In this document: positions 17,300-26,182 of the stretch, piece after piece
Position numbering within the stretch: the stretch's first letter is position 1
Layout of the letters: each line of letters starts with the position of its first letter
Assembly (NCBI GenBank): GCA_038851365.1
Contig: JAWCKY010000006.1
Location: 1-26,182, forward strand
Source of the DNA: Candidatus Hadarchaeales archaeon
GTDB taxonomy: Archaea; Hadarchaeota; Hadarchaeia; Hadarchaeales; Hadarchaeaceae
Reading direction: 5' to 3'
DNA length: 26,182 bases
Notes under the pieces: generated by a model
The model's input: the letters and a program-made list of their open reading frames with translations, nothing else
Told to the model about the DNA's origin: nothing
The model's database searches: none
Translations under genes and position numbers: made by a program

Positions 17300-18367
17300 A
17301 TGGCCAGGATCCCGGTCGGTGTGCTGGGCGCCACTGGCACCGTGGGGCAGCACTTCGTCAAGCTGCTCTTGGATCACCCGTGGTTCGAGCTGGTGGCGTT
17401 GACGGCGTCCGAGCGCTCTGCCGGCAAGCCCTACGCCGAAGTGGCGAAGTGGTATCTCAGCGACGAGGTGCCTCGGGAGATAGCGGACGTCGAGGTTAGG
17501 CCCACCGACCCCAAGGCCGTGGAGGACGTAAAGTTGCTGTTCTCCGCCATGCCGGCCGACGAGGCGCAGAGGATCGAGCCGGCCTGCGCGGAGGCCGGAT
17601 TCGTCGTGAGCTCCAACTCGAGCAACTTCCGGATGGACCCGGATATTCCCCTGATAATCCCGGAGGTCAACCCCGATCACCTCGCGCTCATCGACGTGCA
17701 GAGGGAGAAACGAGGCTGGGACGGTTACATAGTGAAGAACCCCAACTGCACCACCATCACCTTCGTGCTGCCGCTCAAGCCCCTGTACGATGAATTCGGC
17801 ATCCGTCGGGTCTTCATCTCTTCGATGCAGGCCCTGTCCGGTGCCGGATGGACGGGCGTGCCTTCCATGGCGATAGAGGATAACGTCATCCCATTCATCG
17901 CCAAGGAGGAGGACAAGTGCGAGGAGGAGCCGCTCAAGCTGCTCGGCTCGCTCAGGGACGGTCGCGTCGAGCTCGCGCCCATTCGGGTGAGCGCCAGCTG
18001 CCATCGCGTCCCAGTGCTCGACGGTCACACCATAGCGGTGTTCGTGGAGCTGGAGCGGGAGGCCACGCCCGCTGAGGCGGTGGAGGTGTTGAGCAACTTC
18101 AGGGGCGTGCCGCAGGAGCTGGAGCTGCCGACGGCGCCAAGGCAACCGGTTATCGTGTCGCCCGGTGAGGACATGCCACAGCCGAGGTACGCGAGGAACG
18201 CCGGCTCCGTGCCGGGCATGGCGGTGGTCGTGGGCAGGGTTCGAGGCGACCGAGCTCTCCCCAACGGCATCAAGTTCGTTTGCTGCAGCCACAACGTGAT
18301 CCGCGGAGCGGCGGGGGCAGCGGTGCTCAACGCCGAGCTGCTGAGGGCGAGAGGTTACCTGAAGTAA
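17300..18367 (+). CDS. asd: Aspartate-semialdehyde dehydrogenase (archaeal type)
   Basis: GVLGATGTVGQ, SNSSNFRM, PEVN, NPNCTT, QALSGAG, CHRVPVLDGH, HNVIRGAAG. ATG 17300 preferred over 17279 because of the TATA position. Confidence 0.96.
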   Translation: MARIPVGVLGATGTVGQHFVKLLLDHPWFELVALTASERSAGKPYAEVAKWYLSDEVPREIADVEVRPTDPKAVEDVKLLFSAMPADEAQRIEPACAEAGFVVSSNSSNFRMDPDIPLIIPEVNPDHLALIDVQREKRGWDGYIVKNPNCTTITFVLPLKPLYDEFGIRRVFISSMQALSGAGWTGVPSMAIEDNVIPFIAKEEDKCEEEPLKLLGSLRDGRVELAPIRVSASCHRVPVLDGHTIAVFVELEREATPAEAVEVLSNFRGVPQELELPTAPRQPVIVSPGEDMPQPRYARNAGSVPGMAVVVGRVRGDRALPNGIKFVCCSHNVIRGAAGAAVLNAELLRARGYLK

Positions 18368-18411
18368 TCAGCCGGTCTCGGCGATTCTTCGCGCTGTAAC
18401 TTTTGCACTCG

Positions 18412-18460
18412 CCAAATTTGGGGCATTTTCGGCGATCTCTCTCAAAGGAGTTTAAATAAG
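18412..18460 (+). promoter_or_regulatory. nrdD promoter with an upstream palindrome
   Basis: CAAAGGAG-TTTAAATA (18443-18458) and the 10-bp palindrome CCAAATTTGG (18412-18421). Confidence 0.5.
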
Positions 18461-18492
18461 TATCAGAGCAAGATAAACTGAGAGCGGTGCGG

Positions 18493-20610
18493 ATGATCAA
18501 AAAAGTGCGAAAGCGCGATGGCAGCTTAGTCGACTTCGATAAGGACCGCATAACCAACACAATTTTCAGGGCGGCACAGGCCGTGGGCGGGAAAGATAGG
18601 AGGATCGCCGAAAGGCTTGCGGACGAGGTCACGAGGATCCTCGAGCAAAGGTTCGCGGGCGGGATACCGAGCGTCGAGGACATTCAAGATGTGATCGAAA
18701 AGGTCCTGATCGATCATGGCCACGCTAAAACCGCGAAGGCCTTCATCCTATACAGGAGGCAAAGGGAAGAGCTGAGGAAACTGCGCGATGCGGAACTGTC
18801 GGTCGTCGGGCTCGTGGATTCCTATCTCAATGGTCTTGATTGGCGGGTCCGCGAGAACGCAAACATCAACGGGCAAACCGTCCCAGGGCTGATGTTTCAC
18901 GCGTCGAACGCCGTCCTGGCAAACTACGCGCTGGTGAAGATATACCCTCCTGAAGTCGCCGACGCTCACGTCAACGGCGATCTGCACCTCCATGATCTTC
19001 AAATGTCGCTATGCGGCTACTGCGCGGGTTGGTCGCTTGAGACATTGCTCGCGGAGGGCTTCAATGCTCCAGGCAAAATACATTGCAATCCGCCCAAGCA
19101 CCTCGATACCGCGCTCATGCAGATGGTCAATTTCATCGGCTCGCTCCAAAACGAATGGGCGGGAGCGCAGGCCTTCAATCATATGGACGTCTTGCTCGCT
19201 CCATTCATCCGGGCAGATGGGCTAAGCTACGAGGAGGTAAAACAGGCCGTGCAGATGTTTGTGTTCAACCTCAACATCAGCTCGCGGTGGGGCGGGCAGA
19301 CCCCTTTCACGAACTTAACCTTTGCCCTGACCTGTCCGGAGGACTTAGCGGATAAGCCCACCATCGTCGGAGGAGAGCCTCAGGACAGGACATACTCAGA
19401 ATTCTCGGAAGAAATTGAAATGCTCAACAAAGCGTTCATAGAGGTCATGCTGGGGGGCGACCCCACGGGGCGCGTTTTTACCTTCCCGATCCCGACCTAT
19501 GGTGTAACAAAAGAGTTTCCATGGGATTCGGAACTGGCCACTTTACTCTTCAAACTCACCGCGAAGTACGGATCGCCTTATTTCCAGAACTTCGTCAACA
19601 GCGATATGAAGCCAAGCGACGTCCGCGCCATGTGCTGCCGGCTACAGCTTGACTTGAGGGAGCTTCGCCGAAACGTTACGGGGGGACTCTTTGGCTCGTC
19701 CGATGCCACGGGCAGCGTGGGCGTGGTGACGTTGAACATGCCACGCCTAGGGTATCTTTCGAAGGACGAAGATGAATTCTTCGAGCGCTTGGAATGGCTC
19801 ATGCAGCTCGCAAAGGAGGCACTGGAGATCAAGCGTAAGTTGGTGGAGGGAAACATCCAAAACGGGTTGCTACCCTACACAAAGCGCTACTTGGGCACGC
19901 TCAGGAACCACTTTTCCACGGTTGGCCTCATCGGGATGCACGAGGCGCTTTTGAACATGGGTTTTGATCGAGGCATCGTGGGCGAGGACGGACGTAGATT
20001 CGCGGTTAAAGTCCTTAAGTTCATGCGTGAGAAGTTGCGCGAATTTCAGGAGGAGACCGGAAACCTCTATAACCTCGAGGCGACACCCGCCGAGGGGACA
20101 AGCTATAGGCTAGCTAGGATAGACAAGCGGAAATATCCGGAAATCATCACCGCGGGGGAGCGCGAACCATTTTATACAAACTCGACCTGCCTTCCCGTAA
20201 ACCATGATCTAAGCCTTAAAGAAGCGCTCCAGCATCAGGAGGAGCTTCAGGGCCTCTACAGCGGCGGGACGGTTTTTCACGTTTACCTTTCTGGGGCATT
20301 TGAGAGGTTGCCCGATTTGAAGGTCCCAGTTATGGTAGGAGACCTTGTATCGTCCCCCGGAGGCTGTTCGGACGTGGTCCGAAAAATCGTCGGTGGTTTT
20401 AGGATACCGTACTTCACCTTGACGCCGACCTTCTCGCTTTGCGAAAATCACGGTTACATGTCCGGTGAGCATTTCAAGTGCCCAGTGTGCGGGAGGGAGT
20501 GCGAGGTTTACTCCCGCGTGGTTGGATATTACCGTCCCGTCAGGAGGTGGAATGCAGGAAAACAGGAGGAGTTCCGCCTGAGGAGCAAGTTCGATTCGTC
20601 GATCCTATGA
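18493..20610 (+). CDS. nrdD: Anaerobic (class III) ribonucleoside-triphosphate reductase with an N-terminal ATP cone
   Basis: VRKRDG..FDKDRI ATP cone, GYCAGWS, RAMCCRL, NLEATPAE, CENHG..CPVCG and the glycyl-radical motif YSRVVGYYRPV. Confidence 0.96.
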   Translation: MIKKVRKRDGSLVDFDKDRITNTIFRAAQAVGGKDRRIAERLADEVTRILEQRFAGGIPSVEDIQDVIEKVLIDHGHAKTAKAFILYRRQREELRKLRDAELSVVGLVDSYLNGLDWRVRENANINGQTVPGLMFHASNAVLANYALVKIYPPEVADAHVNGDLHLHDLQMSLCGYCAGWSLETLLAEGFNAPGKIHCNPPKHLDTALMQMVNFIGSLQNEWAGAQAFNHMDVLLAPFIRADGLSYEEVKQAVQMFVFNLNISSRWGGQTPFTNLTFALTCPEDLADKPTIVGGEPQDRTYSEFSEEIEMLNKAFIEVMLGGDPTGRVFTFPIPTYGVTKEFPWDSELATLLFKLTAKYGSPYFQNFVNSDMKPSDVRAMCCRLQLDLRELRRNVTGGLFGSSDATGSVGVVTLNMPRLGYLSKDEDEFFERLEWLMQLAKEALEIKRKLVEGNIQNGLLPYTKRYLGTLRNHFSTVGLIGMHEALLNMGFDRGIVGEDGRRFAVKVLKFMREKLREFQEETGNLYNLEATPAEGTSYRLARIDKRKYPEIITAGEREPFYTNSTCLPVNHDLSLKEALQHQEELQGLYSGGTVFHVYLSGAFERLPDLKVPVMVGDLVSSPGGCSDVVRKIVGGFRIPYFTLTPTFSLCENHGYMSGEHFKCPVCGRECEVYSRVVGYYRPVRRWNAGKQEEFRLRSKFDSSIL

Positions 20611-20751
20611 ATTACGAGCTTCGAATAGGTGTGGTAGCGGGGGGTGGAATCTCAGAGGGAAGGCTTACCATCCCTCCCTTGAACCACCGACCTCCGGGTC
20701 TCACAGGAGCGCCAAACCCACGGCTCGACGCCTTATGAGCTTCGCCCGTGG

Positions 20752-21294
20752 TTACCCACGACCGGCGGGCACTCCTATCTGCCCTACCCCGCTACCATTT
20801 TTAGTTGGGTACCTCGGCTTTAATGTTTTACGCAGAAATCCGCCTAAAACCGCGCTAAGCCCCACGAGCGCGATCAGGAAAAGGGCATCTAGCAACGTTC
20901 GTCCGCATAGATTTGTCAGCAGCTCCCCACCGCCCACTGCCCGCTCGAGCTTCTCCGCTATCTCTGCGATGCTATATCTAAAGAGCACGTAGGCGACCGG
21001 GACGAGCGAGAGGTTCGGAAGGAACAGCATGCCGGTCAATCCTCCAGCGCGCATGTGCTTGCTCCAACCCTCGACCTTACCCGAGAAGAGATAGCCCGTG
21101 ATCAGCCCGCTCACCAGGAGGGCGAACGTACCCGCCCCGAGGAGCATGTAACAACTCATGCCCACCAAAAACCCCAGTAGCACGGGCCGCAGGAGGAGCG
21201 CCCTGTTGAGACCCTTAGATAACAAGAACAGGAGAAGGACGACCAAGATTGCTGAATACGCGCAATAAGCCACGCGAAGCGTGAATTCGTCCAT
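20752..21294 (-). CDS. Polytopic membrane protein of unknown function
   Basis: About 5 hydrophobic segments with Gly-x3-Gly-like patterns. TTTAAAATCGCG box ~28 nt upstream of the ATG. Confidence 0.75.
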   Translation of the reverse strand: MDEFTLRVAYCAYSAILVVLLLFLLSKGLNRALLLRPVLLGFLVGMSCYMLLGAGTFALLVSGLITGYLFSGKVEGWSKHMRAGGLTGMLFLPNLSLVPVAYVLFRYSIAEIAEKLERAVGGGELLTNLCGRTLLDALFLIALVGLSAVLGGFLRKTLKPRYPTKNGSGVGQIGVPAGRG

Positions 21295-21310
21295 GCTTTA
21301 AGCTCATCGC

Positions 21311-21390
21311 CGCGATTTTAAACAGTTTTCGGCGCTGAATTTTTGCTGAAATTACTAATAGGAATATTTTTAATCGAAAAATATAAATAA
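21311..21390. promoter_or_regulatory. AT-rich divergent promoter region
   Basis: Minus TATA at 21322-21316, plus TATA (ATATAAATA) at 21381-21389, and the inverted repeat TATTTTT-N5-AAAAATA at 21365-21383. Confidence 0.55.
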
Positions 21391-21419
21391 AGCTGAAACC
21401 CCCTTGCATCGGGGTAAGC

Positions 21420-22925
21420 TTGGAGATTCTTCGAACGTACGAGGAGATCAACCAAAAGATCCGCGAAGGCGACGTGGTGGTGCTGACGGCCGAAGAGGTC
21501 GTAAAGCTAGCGCGGGAAAAAGGACCGGAAGCCGTGGCTAAAGAGGTCGACGTCGTCACTACCGGCACCTTTGGCGCGATGTGCAGCTCCGGCGCCTGGC
21601 TGAACTTCGGGCATGCCGATCCCCCGATAAAGATGCAGCGCGTCTGGCTCAACGACGTGGAGGCCTACACTGGCGTGGCAGCGGTCGACGCTTATATTGG
21701 TGCGACGCAGCTCAGCGAGACGAGGGGCATGGAGTACGGCGGCGGTCACGTTATAGAGGATCTAGTACGGGGAAAAGAAATCGAACTCCGCGCCACCGCG
21801 TACGGGACGGATTGCTATCCAAGGAAGGAGATCGAGACGACCATCACCATAGACGACTTGAACCAAGCGGTGCTATGCAACCCGCGGAACGCATATCAGC
21901 GCTACGTGGCGGCGACGAATTCTAGAGACGAGACTATTCACACCTACATGGGCACGTTGCTGCCCAACTACGGTAACGTCACCTTTTCCGGCGCGGGGGT
22001 GCTCAGCCCGCTCCAAAGGGATCCAAATTACGAGACGATTGGCGTCGGAACGCGCATATTTTTGGCCGGCGCTCAGGGCTACATCATTTGGGAGGGTACT
22101 CAACACAACCCAGCCAAAGGAATGGGCACGATAATGGCGATAGGCAACCTAAAGGAGATGGATCCCCGCTACCTACGCGGATGTACCATCCAAGGCTACG
22201 GGACCTCCCTTTATCTAGGTTTGGGGGTGCCCATACCGATCATCAACGAAAGGGTTGCGCGAAGCGTAAGCCTAGACGAAGACCAGATAAAAATTGACCT
22301 GCTCGATTACGGCGTCGCCCGGCGCGAAAGGCCGGTCGTGCGTGAGGTCACCTATGCCGAGCTCAGGTCCGGCAGGATAGAGGTCATGGGCAAGGAGGTG
22401 CCGGTCAGCCCCCTCAGCAGCTTCAAGATGGCTAGGGAGATCGCGGAGAAGTTGAAGCGATGGATCGAACGAGGCGAGTTCTTCCTCAGCTCCCCCGTCG
22501 AACTCCTACCCCGCGATACCACCTTTAGACCAATGAGGCAGATCGTCAAGGTGGTGCTCGTAAAAGACGTGATGACGAAACCAGCGACGACCGCCATGCC
22601 GGACGATACGATAGCACATGCTGCCAGGATATTCGCCGAAAAGGAGTTCAATCACCTGCCGATCGTGGACGAGAAAGGGAAACTGCTGGGCATAGTGACC
22701 TCTTGGGATATCGCGGTGGCGCTCGGCACCGGCAAGGAAAAGCTAGAGGAGATAATGACGCGGAGGGTGATAACCGCGCATGAGGACGAGCCCATCGAGG
22801 CCGCGGCGAGAAAGCTCGAACAGCACAACATCTCTGGCTTGCCGGTGGTGGATGCGGCCGGCCGAGTTAAAGGCATAATAACCAGCCAGGACATCTCGAA
22901 GTTGATCGGGAGGAGGATCACATGA
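21420..22925 (+). CDS. Homocysteine biosynthesis protein / L-aspartate semialdehyde sulfurtransferase (DUF39 + CBS pair, MA1821/MJ0100 family)
   Basis: RTYEEINQKI, VDVVTTGTFGAMCSSGA, YGGGHVIEDL, NPRNAYQRY, IHTYMG, GEFFLSSP, then two CBS domains. TTG start. Confidence 0.93.
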   Translation: MEILRTYEEINQKIREGDVVVLTAEEVVKLAREKGPEAVAKEVDVVTTGTFGAMCSSGAWLNFGHADPPIKMQRVWLNDVEAYTGVAAVDAYIGATQLSETRGMEYGGGHVIEDLVRGKEIELRATAYGTDCYPRKEIETTITIDDLNQAVLCNPRNAYQRYVAATNSRDETIHTYMGTLLPNYGNVTFSGAGVLSPLQRDPNYETIGVGTRIFLAGAQGYIIWEGTQHNPAKGMGTIMAIGNLKEMDPRYLRGCTIQGYGTSLYLGLGVPIPIINERVARSVSLDEDQIKIDLLDYGVARRERPVVREVTYAELRSGRIEVMGKEVPVSPLSSFKMAREIAEKLKRWIERGEFFLSSPVELLPRDTTFRPMRQIVKVVLVKDVMTKPATTAMPDDTIAHAARIFAEKEFNHLPIVDEKGKLLGIVTSWDIAVALGTGKEKLEEIMTRRVITAHEDEPIEAAARKLEQHNISGLPVVDAAGRVKGIITSQDISKLIGRRIT

Positions 22926-23326
22926 ACGTTAAGATGCTGTTGAAGTACTCGGCTGAGGCGCTCGATAAACCGATATTGGCGGAGGTGATCAGGCATACGT
23001 CGGCGGAGATAAACATCTTACATGCCGAGCTGAACGCGAGGAAGGGTGAGATCTTGATAGGCGTGGAGGCCGAGGAAGGAGAGATCGAGAGGGTGATAAA
23101 CCTATTCAAGGAGCGGGGGGTCGACGCCCAAAGACTAGAGCGCACGGTGGAGCTCGATGAGGAGACGTGCATGCACTGCGGTGCCTGCCTCTCGCTCTGT
23201 CCAACCGGGGCGCTGAGCATGAGGGAGGACTATTCGGTGAAGTTGGACGAGGGCAAATGTATCATGTGTGAGGTCTGCGTCCCAGCTTGCCCGGTGAGGG
23301 CCATCAAGGTCTTCAAACCTTTTTAG
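22922..23326 (+). CDS. NIL domain + 2x[4Fe-4S] ferredoxin (MA1822-like partner subunit)
   Basis: PILAEVI..INILHA NIL domain; CMHCGACLSLCP and CIMCEVCVPACP. ATGA coupling to DUF39. Confidence 0.92.
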   Translation: MNVKMLLKYSAEALDKPILAEVIRHTSAEINILHAELNARKGEILIGVEAEEGEIERVINLFKERGVDAQRLERTVELDEETCMHCGACLSLCPTGALSMREDYSVKLDEGKCIMCEVCVPACPVRAIKVFKPF

Positions 23327-24116
23327 TTTTCGTTAAGCTTCCAGGGCGATAGCCCTCAAGGTCCAGCGCGATGTGGGAGTAACCCAATTTTTTGAGTTCT
23401 TCCACGATCGCGTCTTTTAGCTCTAGCGCTTTCGGTAGCTCGTCTTCCCCTACCTCTATTTTAGCAAAATCGCCATGATCCCGGAGGCGCACGATCTTGA
23501 AGCCCAGCGAGCGCAAGAATCTTTCGCCTCCCGCGATCCTTTCGAGTTTTTCGGCTGTGATCGCACAGCCGAAGGGTATCCTAGAGGCAAGACAGGGGTT
23601 TGCTGGTTTATCGGCGTTGGGCAAGCCGTACGCGGAGGCCAGCTCTCGCACTTCCGCTTTGGTAAGCTCGGCGAGGGCGAGGGGGCTCACAACTTTAAAC
23701 TCCTCCGCTGCCCGCAGCCCAGGCCTGAAATCCGAAAGATCATCGTAGTTCGTTCCATCGAGGATCTTCTTGAAGCCCAGTTCCCTTCGAATCCCATCTA
23801 GCTTCCTATAAAGCTCGCTTTTGCAAAAGTAGCATCGCTCCGCCGGATTCGCCACGAAGTTAGGGTTCCGGAGCTCATCCGTGGCGATGATTTGGTGGCC
23901 GATGTCGATGAACTTGGCAACGCTTTTAGCGACCTCGAGCTCATCGGGAGGATAAGTGGGGGAGACCGCTGTGACTGCGATGGCTCGGTCGCCTAAAATT
24001 TCGCGCGCAACTGCACAGACGAGAGAGGAATCGACGCCTCCGGAAAAGGCCACGACCACGCTTTCACAATTGGCCACGATGGATTTAAGGCGCCGCATCT
24101 TCTCGTTCAGGGCCAT
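23313..24116 (-). CDS. larE: LarE-like ATP-dependent sulfur transferase (PP-loop)
   Basis: AFSGGVDS, ERCYFCKS, DGTNYDDLSDFRPG, SPL, NPCLASRIPFG, VRLRDHG, DLEGYRPGS. Alternative TTG start at 24134. Confidence 0.9.
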   Translation of the reverse strand: MALNEKMRRLKSIVANCESVVVAFSGGVDSSLVCAVAREILGDRAIAVTAVSPTYPPDELEVAKSVAKFIDIGHQIIATDELRNPNFVANPAERCYFCKSELYRKLDGIRRELGFKKILDGTNYDDLSDFRPGLRAAEEFKVVSPLALAELTKAEVRELASAYGLPNADKPANPCLASRIPFGCAITAEKLERIAGGERFLRSLGFKIVRLRDHGDFAKIEVGEDELPKALELKDAIVEELKKLGYSHIALDLEGYRPGSLTKTKKV

Positions 24117-24204
24117 TTTACCATCGCCTGACAACTATAGTTCATTCGACTTGAAAGTTTCGCTGGTTTGGATAGCTAAAGCGTTTATCCTCACCGGAGC
24201 GATT

Positions 24205-24969
24205 ATGGATGGGTCATCCGTGCACGCGAAGCCCTTGCTCTCGGAGCACTGGACGTGCAGGCAGACGGACGTCCTGATAAAGGCAGATAGTTTAGAGGCG
24301 ATTGAGGCAGTAAAACGCTCCATCCTAAGGAATCGAAGCGCATTGGAGCGGTACATCGCGCGCAACCCCTTTTTTGAGCTATCTTTGGAGCCCCTTGAGA
24401 TAGACGAAAATGCCCCGAAGGTCGTGCAGCTGATGGCCGAGGCCGCCAGTCTGGCCGGCGTGGGACCGATGGCCGCCGTCGCAGGGGCGCTGGCGCAACT
24501 TGCGGTTGAGGAGGCTGTCGCCGCCGGGGCAAGGAACGTGCTGGTGGACAACGGTGGAGATATATTCATCTATGGGGACCAAAGCTACGTCGTCGCAATT
24601 CATGCGGGCACAAGTCCCTTATCGGACAAGCTCGCGCTGGAGATCCCCCCTGAGAAGCTGCCTATTGCGGTCTGCACGAGCTCTGCCACGGTTGGGCCGT
24701 CCCTTAGCTTCGGAGAAGCGGACGCGGCGACGGTGCTCGCCGACTCCGGAGCGTTAGCTGACGCAGCCGCGACGGCGGTGTGCAACCAGACGCGGGGTGA
24801 GCCAGAGCTAGCCATCAGGGCCGGTTTAGAACAGGCGAGAAAGATACCCGGCGTTAAAGCGGCTTTAGTTATCTATGGCTCTTACATCGGGGGCTGGGGC
24901 GATTTGCCGCAGATGATCATCGCCGAGGGGCTGAGCGAGGAATTGATGAAGCGGATTCAGATACGTTAA
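24205..24969 (+). CDS. UPF0280/COG2122 ApbE-like protein (MA1715-type sulfide assimilation)
   Basis: LERYI..PFFxxSLEP, AGVGPMAAVAGA, VDNGGDI, CTSSATVGPSLSFGEADA, LADAAATAVCN. Start uncertain; the ORF track's 23956 start overlaps larE. Confidence 0.9.
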   Translation: MDGSSVHAKPLLSEHWTCRQTDVLIKADSLEAIEAVKRSILRNRSALERYIARNPFFELSLEPLEIDENAPKVVQLMAEAASLAGVGPMAAVAGALAQLAVEEAVAAGARNVLVDNGGDIFIYGDQSYVVAIHAGTSPLSDKLALEIPPEKLPIAVCTSSATVGPSLSFGEADAATVLADSGALADAAATAVCNQTRGEPELAIRAGLEQARKIPGVKAALVIYGSYIGGWGDLPQMIIAEGLSEELMKRIQIR

Positions 24970-24982
24970 TTGCTCGATGAGC

Positions 24983-26182
24983 TCACTTGAGCATTTTCTC
25001 CTCGTATTCCTGTAGATATGCGACCGACCTTTTTACATCAACGAACAGTTGCCTAACCCTCTCCACATGCTCCTTGGTTATCTTCTTCGATCCCTCCGCC
25101 TCCGCATAGTTAGCGGCCGGCGCTAGAAGTTGAACCGCATACCTCAGCGAGGATTCCTCGCCTATATCCGCGAGGTACTCTAGCGCATCTTTTGTGATCT
25201 CGATCTTCTCCGCCCTTGCCCTTATCTTTAGGATCTCGAGTATCTCATCGCGAGAGTAGGGCTTCGTGCTAATTATCAGCATTCGATCCAAGAGGTCAAG
25301 AGGCATGCCGTGAGGCGCTTTGAGGTCCGTGCCCCTGACGACTGTAACGCCGCGATTGGTAGCGAAGATGATTATGGGCGCTAGCTCCTGCTCCATCGCC
25401 CTGTTCAAGAAGGAAAACGTTTCTATGTCCAGCATCGAGCACTCGTCGATAAAAACCACGCCAGGAATGATCTCCGCTCGTCCCTCCTCGACCCACGATC
25501 TAACCGCCTCGTCAACGCTCCTCCTTGTTTCATCGGAGATCTCCTTCCTCTCTTCGCCGCCGAAGAGGAGGCTGAACATACTCATACCGGCGCGAGATTG
25601 GGCCACGTCGAGGTTATGCAGCGTTAGGGTGTAAACGAATTCCTTGTGCTTCAGCACCGGCCCGTTGGGCACATCCACAACTTCGACGGAGCTCAAGTCA
25701 AGTTTCTCCTTCTCGGCAGCCTCCTTTGACTTACCGAGCTTAACTATTCTCCCGCTGTCCGCGTCGATCTGGATCACATCGCCCGTCTCGACCCCTTGTC
25801 TGATTAGGGAGATCGCGAAGGATTGGTCCATGGTGAGCTTCTGCGAGGCATCGGTGGTGGCGAGCTTTATCGTCGCTCCCGTGGGCACCTTCACGTAAGG
25901 ATTGTACGGATGGGGTTGTTCCTTCACCGAAAGCTCCTTGACTTCGCCCTCGTAGATCCTGCGCATCTCGTGTATCCTCACGCCGATCGCCTTCCTGAGC
26001 GCTTGCGTGAGGAACTCCGTCTTCTTGATCTCCGCCGAGTAGATCTCGCTCGCGGCTATGGGCACGAAGGGCACGTCCCGCCCCAATTCCTTTGCTATGG
26101 CCGTCGCCAAGGCCGTCTTGCCTGTGCCTGGAGGGCCGGCCAACAGTATCGCCCTACCGGCGAACTTTCCCTTCTTGACCAT
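24983..26182 (-). CDS. TIP49/RuvBL-like AAA+ ATPase, N-terminus outside the window
   Basis: GRAILLAGPPGTGKT (Walker A), ASEIYSAE, GDVIQI, TLHNLDV, PGVVFIDECSML (Walker B), ATNRG, HGMPLDLLDR, SLRYAVQLL. Confidence 0.95.
   Translation of the reverse strand: MVKKGKFAGRAILLAGPPGTGKTALATAIAKELGRDVPFVPIAASEIYSAEIKKTEFLTQALRKAIGVRIHEMRRIYEGEVKELSVKEQPHPYNPYVKVPTGATIKLATTDASQKLTMDQSFAISLIRQGVETGDVIQIDADSGRIVKLGKSKEAAEKEKLDLSSVEVVDVPNGPVLKHKEFVYTLTLHNLDVAQSRAGMSMFSLLFGGEERKEISDETRRSVDEAVRSWVEEGRAEIIPGVVFIDECSMLDIETFSFLNRAMEQELAPIIIFATNRGVTVVRGTDLKAPHGMPLDLLDRMLIISTKPYSRDEILEILKIRARAEKIEITKDALEYLADIGEESSLRYAVQLLAPAANYAEAEGSKKITKEHVERVRQLFVDVKRSVAYLQEYEEKMLK

Noticed and set aside
20625-20705. Hairpins after nrdD (GAGGGA/TCCCTC, GGTGG/CCACC) as an ncRNA
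   Set aside because: Short stems in a GC-rich spacer between convergent genes, with no promoter or family signature.
1-26182. CRISPR arrays, IS elements, integrases, rRNA
   Set aside because: No spaced direct repeats, transposase or integrase motifs, or rRNA signatures were seen.

Overview
This is a gene-dense, GC-rich archaeal chromosomal segment from a probable anaerobe. Archaeal markers are the GGGP synthase, eL40, an eS26-like protein, a type A RNase P RNA, a TIP49/RuvBL ATPase and BRE/TATA promoters; the lineage cannot be fixed from the sequence alone. From left to right it holds: a minus-strand run porG-porD-porA-porB-hypF plus an edge-truncated SerK-like free-serine kinase that the ORF track missed; a small NDT-GNAT pair; rnpB followed immediately by eS26; nnr-rpl40e-GGGPS; a structured ~160-nt non-coding segment; a diaminopimelate lysine operon (class III aminotransferase-lysA-lysC-dapA-dapB) with no dapL, dapF, ddh or dapD/E; a membrane-anchored ATP-independent Lon-type (S16) protease; asd; class III RNR nrdD without an adjacent nrdG; a membrane protein; the MA1821/MA1822/MA1715-type sulfide-assimilation and homocysteine genes interrupted by a larE-like gene; and a truncated TIP49. 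The best leads are: (1) the operon-leading class III aminotransferase, which has Asn in place of the Glu-switch residue and is a candidate new DAP aminotransferase; (2) two unannotated Cys-rich microproteins, one beside a perfect cop-box-like palindrome; (3) the structured intergenic RNA candidate; (4) a GC step near 18.4 kb. I saw no tRNA, rRNA, CRISPR array or mobile element. All family assignments come from motif recognition and recalled reference sequences; no searches were run.
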